Shown here: positions 47,679 to 56,804 of the stretch, one piece after another
How the letters are laid out: each line of letters opens with the position of its first letter
Position numbering within the stretch: the stretch's first letter is position 1
NCBI GenBank assembly: GCA_038871515.1
Contig: JAVZHX010000001.1
Span: forward strand, 318,915 to 382,914
Source: Candidatus Micrarchaeia archaeon
Lineage (GTDB): Archaea; Micrarchaeota; Micrarchaeia; Burarchaeales; Fermentimicrarchaeaceae
DNA length: 64,000 bases
Reading direction: 5' to 3'
Notes under the pieces: generated by a model
Databases searched by the model: none
The model's input: the letters and a program-made list of their open reading frames with translations, nothing else
Told to the model about the DNA's origin: nothing
Program-made: the position numbers and the translations under genes

Positions 47679-48866
47679 ATGAAGCGCATATACTTTGACC
47701 ACTCCGCAACAACTCCTCTTGACAGAAGGGTTTTTGAGGAGATGAAACCGTACTTCAGTTTGAAGTTTGGAAACGCATCAAGCTTGCACTCCTTTGGAAG
47801 GGAAGCGCATGAGGCAGTTGAGAAGGCAAGGGAGAGGGTTGCAAAAGCATTGAACTGCTCTCCTTCAGAAGTTTACTTCACCTCTGGAGGGACAGAGGCG
47901 GATAACTGGGCTTTGAAGGGAGTTGCATACGCGAACAGAAAGAGAGGGAAGCACATAATCACATCTTCAATTGAGCACCATGCAATTCTCCATACATGCG
48001 AATACTTGGAGAGGAATGGTTTTGAAGTTACCTATCTCCCAGTTGATAGATATGGAATGGTGAGAGTTGAAGATGTTGAGAGGGCGATACGCAAGGACAC
48101 AATTCTCATTTCAGTTATGCACGCAAACAATGAAATTGGCACAATTGAGCCAATTGAGGAGATTGGCAGAATTGCACATGAGAGAGGAATTTACTTCCAT
48201 ACTGACGGCGTTCAGAGTTTCTGCAAAATTCCAACGGATGTTGATAAATTGAACGTTGATTTATTTTCAATTTCTGCTCATAAACTATACGGACCGAAGG
48301 GAGTTGGAGCGCTTTACATTCGCTCAGGAGTGAAAATTGAGCCGTTGCTTCACGGAGGAGGGCATGAGAGAGGGATGCGCTCGGGAACGGAGAACACTCC
48401 TGGGATAGTTGGGTTGGGCGCTGCTGCTGAGCTAGGAATAAAAAGGATGAAACAGGATAGTGAAAAATTAACTTTCCTGCGTGATAGATTGATAAAGGGA
48501 GTTTTGGAAGTTGAGGATTCCTGGCTGAATGGGCACCCAAAGAAACGTTTGCCGAACAACGCTCACTTCTGCTTCAGGTTAATTGAGGGCGAAGCACTTA
48601 TACTAAGATTGGATGACAGGGGAATTGCTGCCTCAACAGGCTCTGCTTGCTCCTCAAAGTCTTTGGAGCCGAGCCATGTGCTGCTGAGAATTGGGTTGAA
48701 GCACGAGGAAGCGCATGGTTCATTGAGGTTGAGTTTGGGGAGGGAGAATACGGAAAAGGAAATTGATTATGCAATTAAAGTTATTCCTGAGGAAGTTGAA
48801 AAGCTCAGGGAGATTTCTCCTTTCAAAACAAAAAAACAGCTCTCGCTTTTCAAACCAACTGAGTAA
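47679..48866 (+). CDS. iscS: Cysteine desulfurase (IscS/NifS)
   Basis: YFDHSATTP, FTSGGTE, SAHKLYGPKG, RSGTEN, STGSACSS. Confidence 0.96.
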   Translation: MKRIYFDHSATTPLDRRVFEEMKPYFSLKFGNASSLHSFGREAHEAVEKARERVAKALNCSPSEVYFTSGGTEADNWALKGVAYANRKRGKHIITSSIEHHAILHTCEYLERNGFEVTYLPVDRYGMVRVEDVERAIRKDTILISVMHANNEIGTIEPIEEIGRIAHERGIYFHTDGVQSFCKIPTDVDKLNVDLFSISAHKLYGPKGVGALYIRSGVKIEPLLHGGGHERGMRSGTENTPGIVGLGAAAELGIKRMKQDSEKLTFLRDRLIKGVLEVEDSWLNGHPKKRLPNNAHFCFRLIEGEALILRLDDRGIAASTGSACSSKSLEPSHVLLRIGLKHEEAHGSLRLSLGRENTEKEIDYAIKVIPEEVEKLREISPFKTKKQLSLFKPTE

Positions 48867-50111
48867 TCACTCATACCTCAATGCATCCACTGGTGGAAGC
48901 GAAGCTGCGTTCCTTGCCGGCACAAGCCCGGCGATTATTCCAACAAGCGCTGAAAAAACAATCCCAAAGGCAGCCAGTTCAGGTGTGATCACTGAGCTAA
49001 CTCCAAAATCATTCAGAACTGCTGAAATAATGAAGCTCAGCAGAACTCCCAACACCCCACCAACCAACCCGATAACGCTGGCTTCCATAAGAAACAGCTT
49101 TAGAATATCACTGCTTGTTGAACCAAGCGCTTTCAAAATTCCAATGTATTTTGTCTGCTCAAGCACGCTCATGAACATTGTGTTCGCCACCCCTATGCCA
49201 CCAACCACAAGCGCAACAGACGCAATTCCTCCAAGAAAGAGGGTGAGCGTTTCAGTCACGCTTGAAACGGCAGACTGGAGAGTAGAGGCGGTGGTTACTG
49301 TGAAATCCTCCTGACCCTCCGCAACGTTATGCAGCGAGCGTAACTCAGCTGAAATCGCATCTGCAACATCGTTTGTGTCGTATCCATCTGCAGCAACCAC
49401 CACTATTTGACTTACTGTTTTCGTTTGGTTGAACATGCTTTTTGCAATTCTCTGGGGTATGTAAACATTATTATCCGCGCTGCCAAAAGAGGAGCCTGCT
49501 GGCTGGAGTATTCCAACAACTCTGAATGCAACTCCATCTATCTTAATCTGTTTATTCACTATATTCAAATCATTAAAAGTTCTGTTTGCAACAGAGAAGC
49601 CAATTACTGCTGAATACTGGTCGCTTGTGCTCAAGTATCTGCCATCATACAAGCCAACTCCAATGCTCCTGCTGAACTGCAGTGGCTCTGTGCCTATAAT
49701 GGTAAGAGAGGTATTTTGATTTCCATACTCCACCCTTGCTCGCTTCTCAATTCTTGCATCAAGCGCATCCACGCCAGGTATCAGCCTCAGCGCATCTGCC
49801 TCCGAAAAGGTTATTGTGTTGCTCTCCCTCTGCTGAAAACCGGATGGTGGAGGTCCTCCCCCACCCCCAAACCCAATCATAGGTAACCCGCCAATTCTTG
49901 CAGCTCTCATCCCTCCTGGCGAGATGGTTATTATATTTGCGCCGATATTGCTCAGCCTGCTGCTTATATTCGCAGTTAACCCAAAGCTTATTGAAACAAG
50001 TATAATTATTGCTGCCACCCCTATTACTATACCTAGAATTGCAAGCCAACTTCTTAAGCTTCTGTGCCTAAGCGTGTCAATGGCAAGCGAAGCCATATCA
50101 ATGAGCTTCAT
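48867..50111 (-). CDS. MacB/FtsX-type ABC permease
   Basis: RSWLAILGIVIGVA, GGIGVANTMFMSVLE..IGILKALG, PVDALRYE. Confidence 0.92.
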   Translation of the reverse strand: MKLIDMASLAIDTLRHRSLRSWLAILGIVIGVAAIIILVSISFGLTANISSRLSNIGANIITISPGGMRAARIGGLPMIGFGGGGGPPPSGFQQRESNTITFSEADALRLIPGVDALDARIEKRARVEYGNQNTSLTIIGTEPLQFSRSIGVGLYDGRYLSTSDQYSAVIGFSVANRTFNDLNIVNKQIKIDGVAFRVVGILQPAGSSFGSADNNVYIPQRIAKSMFNQTKTVSQIVVVAADGYDTNDVADAISAELRSLHNVAEGQEDFTVTTASTLQSAVSSVTETLTLFLGGIASVALVVGGIGVANTMFMSVLEQTKYIGILKALGSTSSDILKLFLMEASVIGLVGGVLGVLLSFIISAVLNDFGVSSVITPELAAFGIVFSALVGIIAGLVPARNAASLPPVDALRYE

Positions 50112-51655
50112 CTCTTCCTTCCCTCCCTGTATTCCTTATATTTTCTGTAAATTCTTGGCGCTGCAAAGTATAGAACCACAAGCACAACTAAAACTTCAAG
50201 AATTGGGATTACATCAATTCCAAACACCCTGAACCCACCTGCGGAACGAGTTCTGTTCGCAAAGCTTGCAGCAGTTGGCAAAGCACTCCCCCCAACCTGT
50301 ATTTCCAGTTCCTTCCTGATGCTCCTCTGCTGGTTCGTCCCATCTCTGAAAGTGACTACCACCTCCAGCTTGTACTTCCCCTGTGTCAGCCTTGCAGGAG
50401 CGCTTATTGTTGGTTGGTAAGTGAAGTAATCATCAACGTTCAGCGTTCCAACAAACTGAGTGTCGCTTGTAACCTGCAAATCTTTTGAGGATGCGGTCAC
50501 ATAAACGCTCCTTATTGCAGAGTTTCCCGTATTTGCAATTTTAATCTGTATTTTTGTTTCTGCTCCGATTGGTATTGCTGTTGTTTCAGTCGTAATTGTC
50601 AGCTCTGGAGTTGCTTGAACGTACACTCCAACTTTCTCAATACTTGAGTAGCCACTCCCCGAAGTTACGTTCAAAGAAAGCTCGTAGTAACCAGCTGCAG
50701 TTGATGGGGCAACACCCAAAAAAACAGTGCGTGTTTTATTCGCCCCTGCTTCAATCTGGTCAAAGTAAATTTTTGAGGAACCAATTGGGGTGAAAACGCT
50801 TGTTGGGACTACTTCAACAACTGCTGACTCGCTTGTGCTTCCCATATTCCTCACTCTAAGTGTGAATTCTGCCTGGGAGCCAATTTCAACGGTTCCAACC
50901 GGCAGCATCTCAACCCTCAATTGTGAGTGTGGTTGCTCCACAACAATTGGCCCCAGGTAAATTGTATCATTCATTACATTCCTCAGCGCATCCTCATAGC
51001 TAAGCAAGATGGGAATCATCTGCCTTCCGCTTGGAGTTGATGAAGTTGTCTGCAGAGTTATAGAAACGTTTTTGCTTGAATTATATGGAATACTTCCAAT
51101 GTTTATGTAATTCCCCGCGATGAGAAAAGAGGAGCTGGGTGATGATAGTATGACGTTATTTGCAACTCCGCCAGTATTTTTAACTTCAATCTGAACTGTG
51201 AAAATATCACCTGGGAAGATCACCTGCTTATCCACTGAAAGAGTGGTTGCAGTGAGAATTTTCTCCTGGGAAATCTGCAGCGGGATTGTGAGCTGGCTTG
51301 CCTGCGTTCCACCGGAGTCTGAGTAGTAAATTGTGAGGTAGATTAAATGCAACCCAGTTGTTTTCTCTGGAACAGTGAATGGAATTGAGGTTATAGTGCT
51401 CGAGCCAGCTCCCATATCCCCAACCCACACGGAAACTCCTCCTGGGCCGGCAATAGTCACCGACTTTGCAGTTTCACTTCCTGGGTTGGTTAGGGTGATT
51501 TTCAACTGCCCTGATGAACCTGGGTAGAGTGTTTCTGGAATTGTGGAGTAAGTGGAGATGTATACTGCTCCCCCTCCTCCCGTAGCATTTGTTGAAGCGC
51601 TGTAAGCAACGCTCGCCAGCGCAAGCAACAATAACAACAAAATTTGTTTTTTCAT
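50108..51655 (-). CDS. COG1361-type S-layer/Ig-repeat exported protein with C-terminal TM
   Basis: Signal peptide, repeated PG...N.G...A..V Ig units, C-terminal TM. Confidence 0.8.
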   Translation of the reverse strand: MKKQILLLLLLALASVAYSASTNATGGGGAVYISTYSTIPETLYPGSSGQLKITLTNPGSETAKSVTIAGPGGVSVWVGDMGAGSSTITSIPFTVPEKTTGLHLIYLTIYYSDSGGTQASQLTIPLQISQEKILTATTLSVDKQVIFPGDIFTVQIEVKNTGGVANNVILSSPSSSFLIAGNYINIGSIPYNSSKNVSITLQTTSSTPSGRQMIPILLSYEDALRNVMNDTIYLGPIVVEQPHSQLRVEMLPVGTVEIGSQAEFTLRVRNMGSTSESAVVEVVPTSVFTPIGSSKIYFDQIEAGANKTRTVFLGVAPSTAAGYYELSLNVTSGSGYSSIEKVGVYVQATPELTITTETTAIPIGAETKIQIKIANTGNSAIRSVYVTASSKDLQVTSDTQFVGTLNVDDYFTYQPTISAPARLTQGKYKLEVVVTFRDGTNQQRSIRKELEIQVGGSALPTAASFANRTRSAGGFRVFGIDVIPILEVLVVLVVLYFAAPRIYRKYKEYREGRKR

Positions 51656-51667
51656 TCTCCCACCTCT

Positions 51668-52360
51668 TTAACCTGCTTTTCTTTTTGTCTCCTTCTGAAT
51701 CATCCCATCTTTGATGTATATTGTTCTTTCAGCATACGTCGCAACGTATGGATCGTGAGTTACAAGGATGACCGTTATACCTCTTTCCTTGTGGAGCTTT
51801 GCTATAAAGTCAAGTATTGCTTTCCCAGATTTCGAGTCAAGGTTGCCTGTTGGCTCGTCAGCAAGAATAACTTTTGGGTTTGTGACAAGCGCTCTTGCAA
51901 TCGCAACCCTCTGCTTCTCTCCTCCGCTGAGCTGGGAGGGAAGGTTGTTTTTCTTGTCAGATAAACCAACAACTGCAAGGTGCTTCTCAACAAGCTCCTT
52001 CCTCTCCTTAACATTCATCCCTTGAATTATCAGAGGAAGCTCAACGTTTTTGAAAACAGTAAGAGTTGGCGCGAGGTTGAATGCCTGAAAAACAAACCCT
52101 ACATCCTTCTGCCTTATTCTCGCAAGCTGTCCTTCACTCATCTCAGAAGTTTTTGCTCCCTCAAAGAAAATCTCCCCGCTTGTTGGCTTGTCAAGAAAAC
52201 CGAGTAAATGAAGGAAGGTGCTCTTGCCACTTCCTGATGGGCCAATTATTGAGAGAAACTCTCCCTCTTTCACTTTGAAGCTTATGTTTTTCAATGCTTC
52301 AAAAGGAGGTTTGGCATCATAAACTTTTGAAACTTTCACGAGCTCAAAGAGAGGCTTCAT
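51668..52360 (-). CDS. MacB/LolD-type ABC ATPase
   Basis: [40 protein letters not shown]. Confidence 0.95.
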   Translation of the reverse strand: MKPLFELVKVSKVYDAKPPFEALKNISFKVKEGEFLSIIGPSGSGKSTFLHLLGFLDKPTSGEIFFEGAKTSEMSEGQLARIRQKDVGFVFQAFNLAPTLTVFKNVELPLIIQGMNVKERKELVEKHLAVVGLSDKKNNLPSQLSGGEKQRVAIARALVTNPKVILADEPTGNLDSKSGKAILDFIAKLHKERGITVILVTHDPYVATYAERTIYIKDGMIQKETKRKAG

Positions 52361-52446
52361 CTCGCATTCCTCTTCCTTCTAAGCATATGCTTGTAAGTAT
52401 CCCAGGAGAATTGGAAGTAGTTTATAATCCTTGATTCTGTCTTCAT
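52357..52446 (-). CDS. Putative 29-aa basic peptide [29 protein letters not shown]
   Basis: Stop overlaps the ABC ATPase start as ATGA; ATG about 22 nt downstream of TTTAAATA. Confidence 0.5.
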   Translation of the reverse strand: MKTESRIINYFQFSWDTYKHMLRRKRNAR

Positions 52447-52505
52447 ACATAAAGAGGGGTGTTTTGCTATTTAAAAGAATTTACCAAAATAATACCCAAA
52501 TCGCC

Positions 52506-52925
52506 CTATGATGAACTTATCCAAGCCAGGATTGCCAGTGCAATTGTCGCGAATAGGTATGGCACCATTGGGAATATCCCCCGTATCCCGTAAACTGCAA
52601 AAATTACGTGTATGAATGGGTTTGAGGTTAAAGCGAACATCATGAGCGAGATTATCACCAGCAGAACTCCTAAAGTGAATCTGCTTCTCAATTCAAGATA
52701 ATCTTTGAGGTAGATGAATGTTAAGTAAAGGGAGAGAACAAATGTTGCAAGTGAAAAGAAATTTCCAAACAGGAAGAATATGTTTTCATCTACTGACTGG
52801 CGCCTGAATGGGAAAATGGAGTTGGCTGCGAAAAGCAGCAGCAAAGAAAGCAATGCTATGCCAATCGTGCCGAGCAATGCCTCCGCAGTATAATCAACCT
52901 TTCTTTCTTTCTTTTTTGCCATCAT
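52506..52925 (-). CDS. 4-TM membrane protein
   Basis: IYLKDYLELRSRFTLG..SNP; follows a wHTH gene. Confidence 0.7.
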   Translation of the reverse strand: MMAKKKERKVDYTAEALLGTIGIALLSLLLLFAANSIFPFRRQSVDENIFFLFGNFFSLATFVLSLYLTFIYLKDYLELRSRFTLGVLLVIISLMMFALTSNPFIHVIFAVYGIRGIFPMVPYLFATIALAILAWISSS

Positions 52926-53202
52926 AATCACCCCTCAAAATTGTGTTGAAGTATTCATTATCATTCCATCCTTCATTTATGAAGTAAATTGCACCGTAAC
53001 CTTTTTTCAGCTGCTCAACCACTCCGTTTTCAAGTAGAATTTTGATATGCCCCTGAACGGTTTTATAATCCAGCCCAGTAGTCAGAGCAAGCTGGTGCAT
53101 ATTCAAAGGTTTGCGAAGGAGAGTTTTCACAATTCTCAATCTGGTTGGACCTCCGCGCGAAGCGTAAAAAAGCCAGTAGAGAAGGCGCGTCTCAGAATCC
53201 AT
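52894..53202 (-). CDS. ArsR-like wHTH regulator
   Basis: LLYWLF.ASRGGPTR, PLNMHQLA..LDYKTVQGH, GYGAIYF. Confidence 0.88.
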   Translation of the reverse strand: MDSETRLLYWLFYASRGGPTRLRIVKTLLRKPLNMHQLALTTGLDYKTVQGHIKILLENGVVEQLKKGYGAIYFINEGWNDNEYFNTILRGDYDGKKERKKG

Positions 53203-53233
53203 ATATGGTAATTGAAAGTTGAATTTTAAATAT

Positions 53234-53647
53234 TCACTGGATAACTGTGAGTTTGCAGCGCTTCACCCCACGTATTGATGAAAGTGAATTTGCAATTTTC
53301 TGTATTCTGTTTGCATTTCCTTTCACTGTGATCACCTCAAGGCAGTCATCACGCGATAAATGGATGTGCATGCTTGCAATTATGTTGCTGCCAAACTTGT
53401 GCTGAATTTCAGTTATTCTTTCTATTACTCCTCTCATCTCATGGTTGTAAACCACTGAAACAGTGCTCACTTTCACTTCCCTCCCTTCCGCCCATTCGGC
53501 ATTTGAAATCCACTCCCTCAACGCATCTGCAACTGCTTTTGAGCGGTTCCAGTAATTCCTCTTACGAGTGAATTTGTCAAACTCCTCAGCAAGCTCTGAA
53601 GGGAGAGAAAGGGAAATTCTTTTCACGTATTTATTATTTTCTTTCAT
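53234..53647 (-). CDS. nikR: Nickel-responsive regulator
   Basis: RHH RISLSL..NRSKAVAD; Ni ligands YNHE and HIHLSRDDCLE. Confidence 0.92.
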   Translation of the reverse strand: MKENNKYVKRISLSLPSELAEEFDKFTRKRNYWNRSKAVADALREWISNAEWAEGREVKVSTVSVVYNHEMRGVIERITEIQHKFGSNIIASMHIHLSRDDCLEVITVKGNANRIQKIANSLSSIRGVKRCKLTVIQ

Positions 53648-53650
53648 AAG

Positions 53651-53679
53651 AGTATTACGAAACATAGATTTTTATTACT
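53651..53679. promoter_or_regulatory. Candidate NikR operator
   Basis: AGTATTA-N15-TATTACT in the nikR / 53723 divergent spacer. Confidence 0.5.
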
Positions 53680-53722
53680 AAATAAAAAAATAACTACGGC
53701 TGCAAAAGCTGAGGTGAAAGCG

Positions 53723-54016
53723 ATGGTTTGTTATACAATACCAACAATTGCTGCAGTTGTGCATCATTTCCTTGGAAATAAAATTCCTTCTTGGAGGAAT
53801 CAGCAGCATAGATCACTGAGCTTGCTTCTCGTTGGGGGAGCGATATTTGGAGTTGTGGACCATTTGTGGAATGGCGAGCTTCTTCTGATTGGGGAGAACA
53901 TTGTGAGTGACCTTTTGCTTGGATTCGCAATAACTGCTGCAATAATTGTAGCATGGATTGTGGTATTACAGCTTGAGAAAATGCCACGGAAGGAAACTTC
54001 AAAGGTAACTAACTGA
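53723..54016 (+). CDS. 3-TM membrane protein with HH and DH motifs
   Basis: VCY..AAVVHH, GGAIFGVVDHLWNGE; ATG after GAGGTGA. Confidence 0.75.
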   Translation: MVCYTIPTIAAVVHHFLGNKIPSWRNQQHRSLSLLLVGGAIFGVVDHLWNGELLLIGENIVSDLLLGFAITAAIIVAWIVVLQLEKMPRKETSKVTN

Positions 54017-54120
54017 TCTTCAGGCTCGCATTGAATGCAGATACTTAAAAAGAAGTTGCTCCAACTCCAGTTAAACTCTCCTCAAGTGTGAACGTATATA
54101 TAATTATTCCGTATAATAAT

Positions 54121-54135
54121 TATAGCGGAGTTATA
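54121..54135. promoter_or_regulatory. TATAAC-N3-GTTATA-type operator, copy 3
   Basis: TATAGCGGAGTTATA ending 2 nt before the iscU ATG; preceded by a perfect 10-6-10 inverted repeat at 54099-54124. Confidence 0.55.
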
Positions 54136-54137
54136 TC

Positions 54138-54518
54138 ATGTATTCCGAAAAATTGATGAGATTATTCAGAAAGCCGCATAATTTTGGAAGAATTAAGAAT
54201 GCAGATGCGGTTGGGAAGGTCGGCAACCCAGTGTGCGGTGACGTAATGTATCTTTATCTGAAAATTAAGGATAATGTAATAAAAGATGCTAAATTTGAAA
54301 CATTTGGCTGCGCAGCTGCAATAGGAACAAGCAGCATAATAACGGATATGATAAAAGGAAAAACAATTGATGAAGCGCTGAAAATTAGCAAAGATGACAT
54401 TGCAAAGGAGTTGGGTGGTTTACCCCCAATAAAGATGCACTGCTCCGTTCTTGCAACGGAAGCATTGAAGAAAGCTGTTGAGGAGTATAGGGCGAAACAG
54501 AGAAGAAAAGCAGAGTAA
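54138..54518 (+). CDS. iscU: Fe-S scaffold protein (IscU/NifU-N)
   Basis: GNPVCGD, FGCAAAI, LPPIKMHCS. Confidence 0.96.
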   Translation: MYSEKLMRLFRKPHNFGRIKNADAVGKVGNPVCGDVMYLYLKIKDNVIKDAKFETFGCAAAIGTSSIITDMIKGKTIDEALKISKDDIAKELGGLPPIKMHCSVLATEALKKAVEEYRAKQRRKAE

Positions 54519-54526
54519 CAGAATGC

Positions 54527-55081
54527 TCAGAATAAAAATTTGAATGGGTTAATGAATCCAAATATATAATCTGAAAAAACAAGTCCTATAAGAAAACTTG
54601 CAAAGTTGTTAATTAAACTCATTTCAGCCCCACGAACCAGTGTCATATTTCTATTTCTGTTAAGCCGAAAGAGCAGAAAAGCTTCAAGCACAAAAACCAT
54701 AATCTCACCAACTATGAGTATTATCCACGCATGCGTGATATCATAAGGGTAGGTATCCAGTGTCATCACAAGTGGAGGTTTGGGTTGCCAATGTTCATCG
54801 TCAAATTTTATGGCATCCGTTAGATATACATAAAAGAGGGGAACCGAGATGATATTCGCGATAATGACAGTTACCAATATTTTCTTACTCAGCTTCCTTA
54901 AGTGCAGATACACAAGTGAAGTTATAAGCTCTATTATAGTGGTTAGTGCTACTGCAATTGTTATGAAATAGGGGTTTTTCCCATAGCGTTCAAGGATAGA
55001 ATAAGGTGGATTTGGACCCATATCCGCATATGCGACATTGGAGAGGATAAGGAGAAATGCACACAACACTGCTTTCCTCAT
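54527..55081 (-). CDS. Hypothetical membrane protein
   Basis: Signal-like N-terminus, TIIE / ANIISVP / GE..V..E / NFASF pattern. Confidence 0.65.
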   Translation of the reverse strand: MRKAVLCAFLLILSNVAYADMGPNPPYSILERYGKNPYFITIAVALTTIIELITSLVYLHLRKLSKKILVTVIIANIISVPLFYVYLTDAIKFDDEHWQPKPPLVMTLDTYPYDITHAWIILIVGEIMVFVLEAFLLFRLNRNRNMTLVRGAEMSLINNFASFLIGLVFSDYIFGFINPFKFLF

Positions 55082-55135
55082 AACTCTCTTTATTTTTGGT
55101 AGGTATTTAATTTTTTGCATTTGAAAGTAGAAAAC

Positions 55136-55909
55136 TTATATTCTTTTATAGGTTAGCTTAAGAAGTTTGAGAAATTCAATTACCTTATCCCTCTGCTCTT
55201 TTTTCATTCCCTTCCAATCCAGCAAAGCAGTTTCAATTTTCTCTTTTGATTTTTCCACTCCCTGCTTGAAGCACTCAAAATCAACTTCATCAATACAATA
55301 CTTCGGAAGCATATGCCCAACTGCGTACTCCTCTTCAAGAATAACTTTTGTAAAAGAAGGCGCATAATGCCCTCCCCCAATCCCAAAAACAGCTGGAAAT
55401 GTTTGATTTGAGGAAAGCATTTTCATAACAGCAAAAGCAACAATTTCACCCGCTCTCTGATTCTGCCACTCCCTCTCAGTGCTTCCTATCTCAACAAAAA
55501 GGGCGGGCGCTTTCGTTAACGGCCCATGATGGTCAACCTCTGCACAAACCTGCCATCCCAAATCGTTCAATGAATTCATCTCCCTCAAAACAATTTTCAG
55601 CTTGCTTGGAAAGCATGGGCAGAGCTGCTTCGGCTTTCCTCCAAGCTCAGCAGCACCCCAATTTCCAGGTGTATGCGCAGTTAAACACGGCTTGCCAGTT
55701 TCACTCTTATGCTTGCTTATAAAAACAAGAAAATCTGTTTCCTTTTCATACAACTGCTCTGCATCAACAAGCTTTGTTTCAACCTGAATTAGCTCCAACT
55801 CTCCCTTCACCCACTTCTCTCCCTTCTTTTCAAATTTGAATTGATTTATCAACTTCTCTGCTATATTCTTTCCTGCAACATCCTGAGATGAGAAGACAAT
55901 TGTTGGCAT
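55136..55909 (-). CDS. dtdA: Archaeal D-aminoacyl-tRNA deacylase (DTD2)
   Basis: SKHKS, LTAHTPGN, EVDHHGP, FVEIGS, GGGHY, GHMLPKY. Confidence 0.93.
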   Translation of the reverse strand: MPTIVFSSQDVAGKNIAEKLINQFKFEKKGEKWVKGELELIQVETKLVDAEQLYEKETDFLVFISKHKSETGKPCLTAHTPGNWGAAELGGKPKQLCPCFPSKLKIVLREMNSLNDLGWQVCAEVDHHGPLTKAPALFVEIGSTEREWQNQRAGEIVAFAVMKMLSSNQTFPAVFGIGGGHYAPSFTKVILEEEYAVGHMLPKYCIDEVDFECFKQGVEKSKEKIETALLDWKGMKKEQRDKVIEFLKLLKLTYKRI

Positions 55910-55931
55910 AAGTAGAATATGTAAGAGATAT

Positions 55932-56774
55932 TTAAACTACATAACTCTTTGTCTTTTCCTTATACCTCTCTAGCTCCCTCCTTCCAAACTCAGTTAGCAC
56001 TCTCCCCTTCTCCTTTGAAAGCACAACATAACCTTCGCTTTCAACCTGTCCAAGCAACATACCGACTTTCATCAACTCCCCTAACCCTGCTTCCTCAACT
56101 CCTTTCCTCTCCATCAGCCAGTCAACCACAGCACGTCCAGTCGCTTTCTCTCCCGCTTTTTCAAGTGAATCAATTGCCAATAGTATTTGCGCTTTCTCCT
56201 CAGTTAAAACTGGCTTCTCCTCAACCTTCCTGGAGAACTTCAGAACTTCTGGGTGCTTTCTCAACTTACTTACATCCTCAAAAAGCTTTGCTGCCTCCTC
56301 AATTTCCTTTTCGTATTTAATTATGTTTTTCAGCATTTGGGCACGCATTTTCTCATGCTCTTTATCTTCAGCAAGCTTCAGCTTCCCCTTCTCATGCAGT
56401 TTCAGCGCATTTCTCACTCCTTCAAACGTAAGGAAAAGATCTCTATCTCCCTTCCCACCTGCTTTTTTGAATGCATCCGAGTCAACAAGAGGCAATTGCG
56501 AGAAATGCGGTTCCTTTTCAATAATGCAAACGGGCCAGCTCCATATGTTGTTTCCTTCTTTAACCGAAATCCAAAACCTATCTTTCAGATACTTTGCAGT
56601 CCACTCTCGTTTAGTTTTCTGGCTCACTCCACTAAGAAACACAACTCCATCCGAATCAACCAAAACAGAATAGGGACCTGCCTTTCCTTTTAGAAATTCA
56701 CCTCTCTCATCTAATTTAAACTCCTTTAACTCATGCCCACCCAGCGTGTATTTCTCCTCAACTTTCACAGGCAT
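55932..56774 (-). CDS. Hypothetical protein, possible C-terminal wHTH
   Basis: Long charged ORF; LTEEKAQILLAI...GRVLTEFG. Confidence 0.6.
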   Translation of the reverse strand: MPVKVEEKYTLGGHELKEFKLDERGEFLKGKAGPYSVLVDSDGVVFLSGVSQKTKREWTAKYLKDRFWISVKEGNNIWSWPVCIIEKEPHFSQLPLVDSDAFKKAGGKGDRDLFLTFEGVRNALKLHEKGKLKLAEDKEHEKMRAQMLKNIIKYEKEIEEAAKLFEDVSKLRKHPEVLKFSRKVEEKPVLTEEKAQILLAIDSLEKAGEKATGRAVVDWLMERKGVEEAGLGELMKVGMLLGQVESEGYVVLSKEKGRVLTEFGRRELERYKEKTKSYVV

Positions 56775-56804
56775 AGTAGAATTGCTCAGTTGAATTATAA
56801 AAGC

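Noticed and set aside
48834..48852. QLSLF near the IscS C-terminus, resembling a bacterial beta-clamp motif
   Set aside because: Archaea use PCNA and PIP boxes, and there is no functional rationale; probably chance.
54017..54095. Possible gene remnant on the minus strand
   Set aside because: Too short, interrupted by stops, and no recognisable similarity.
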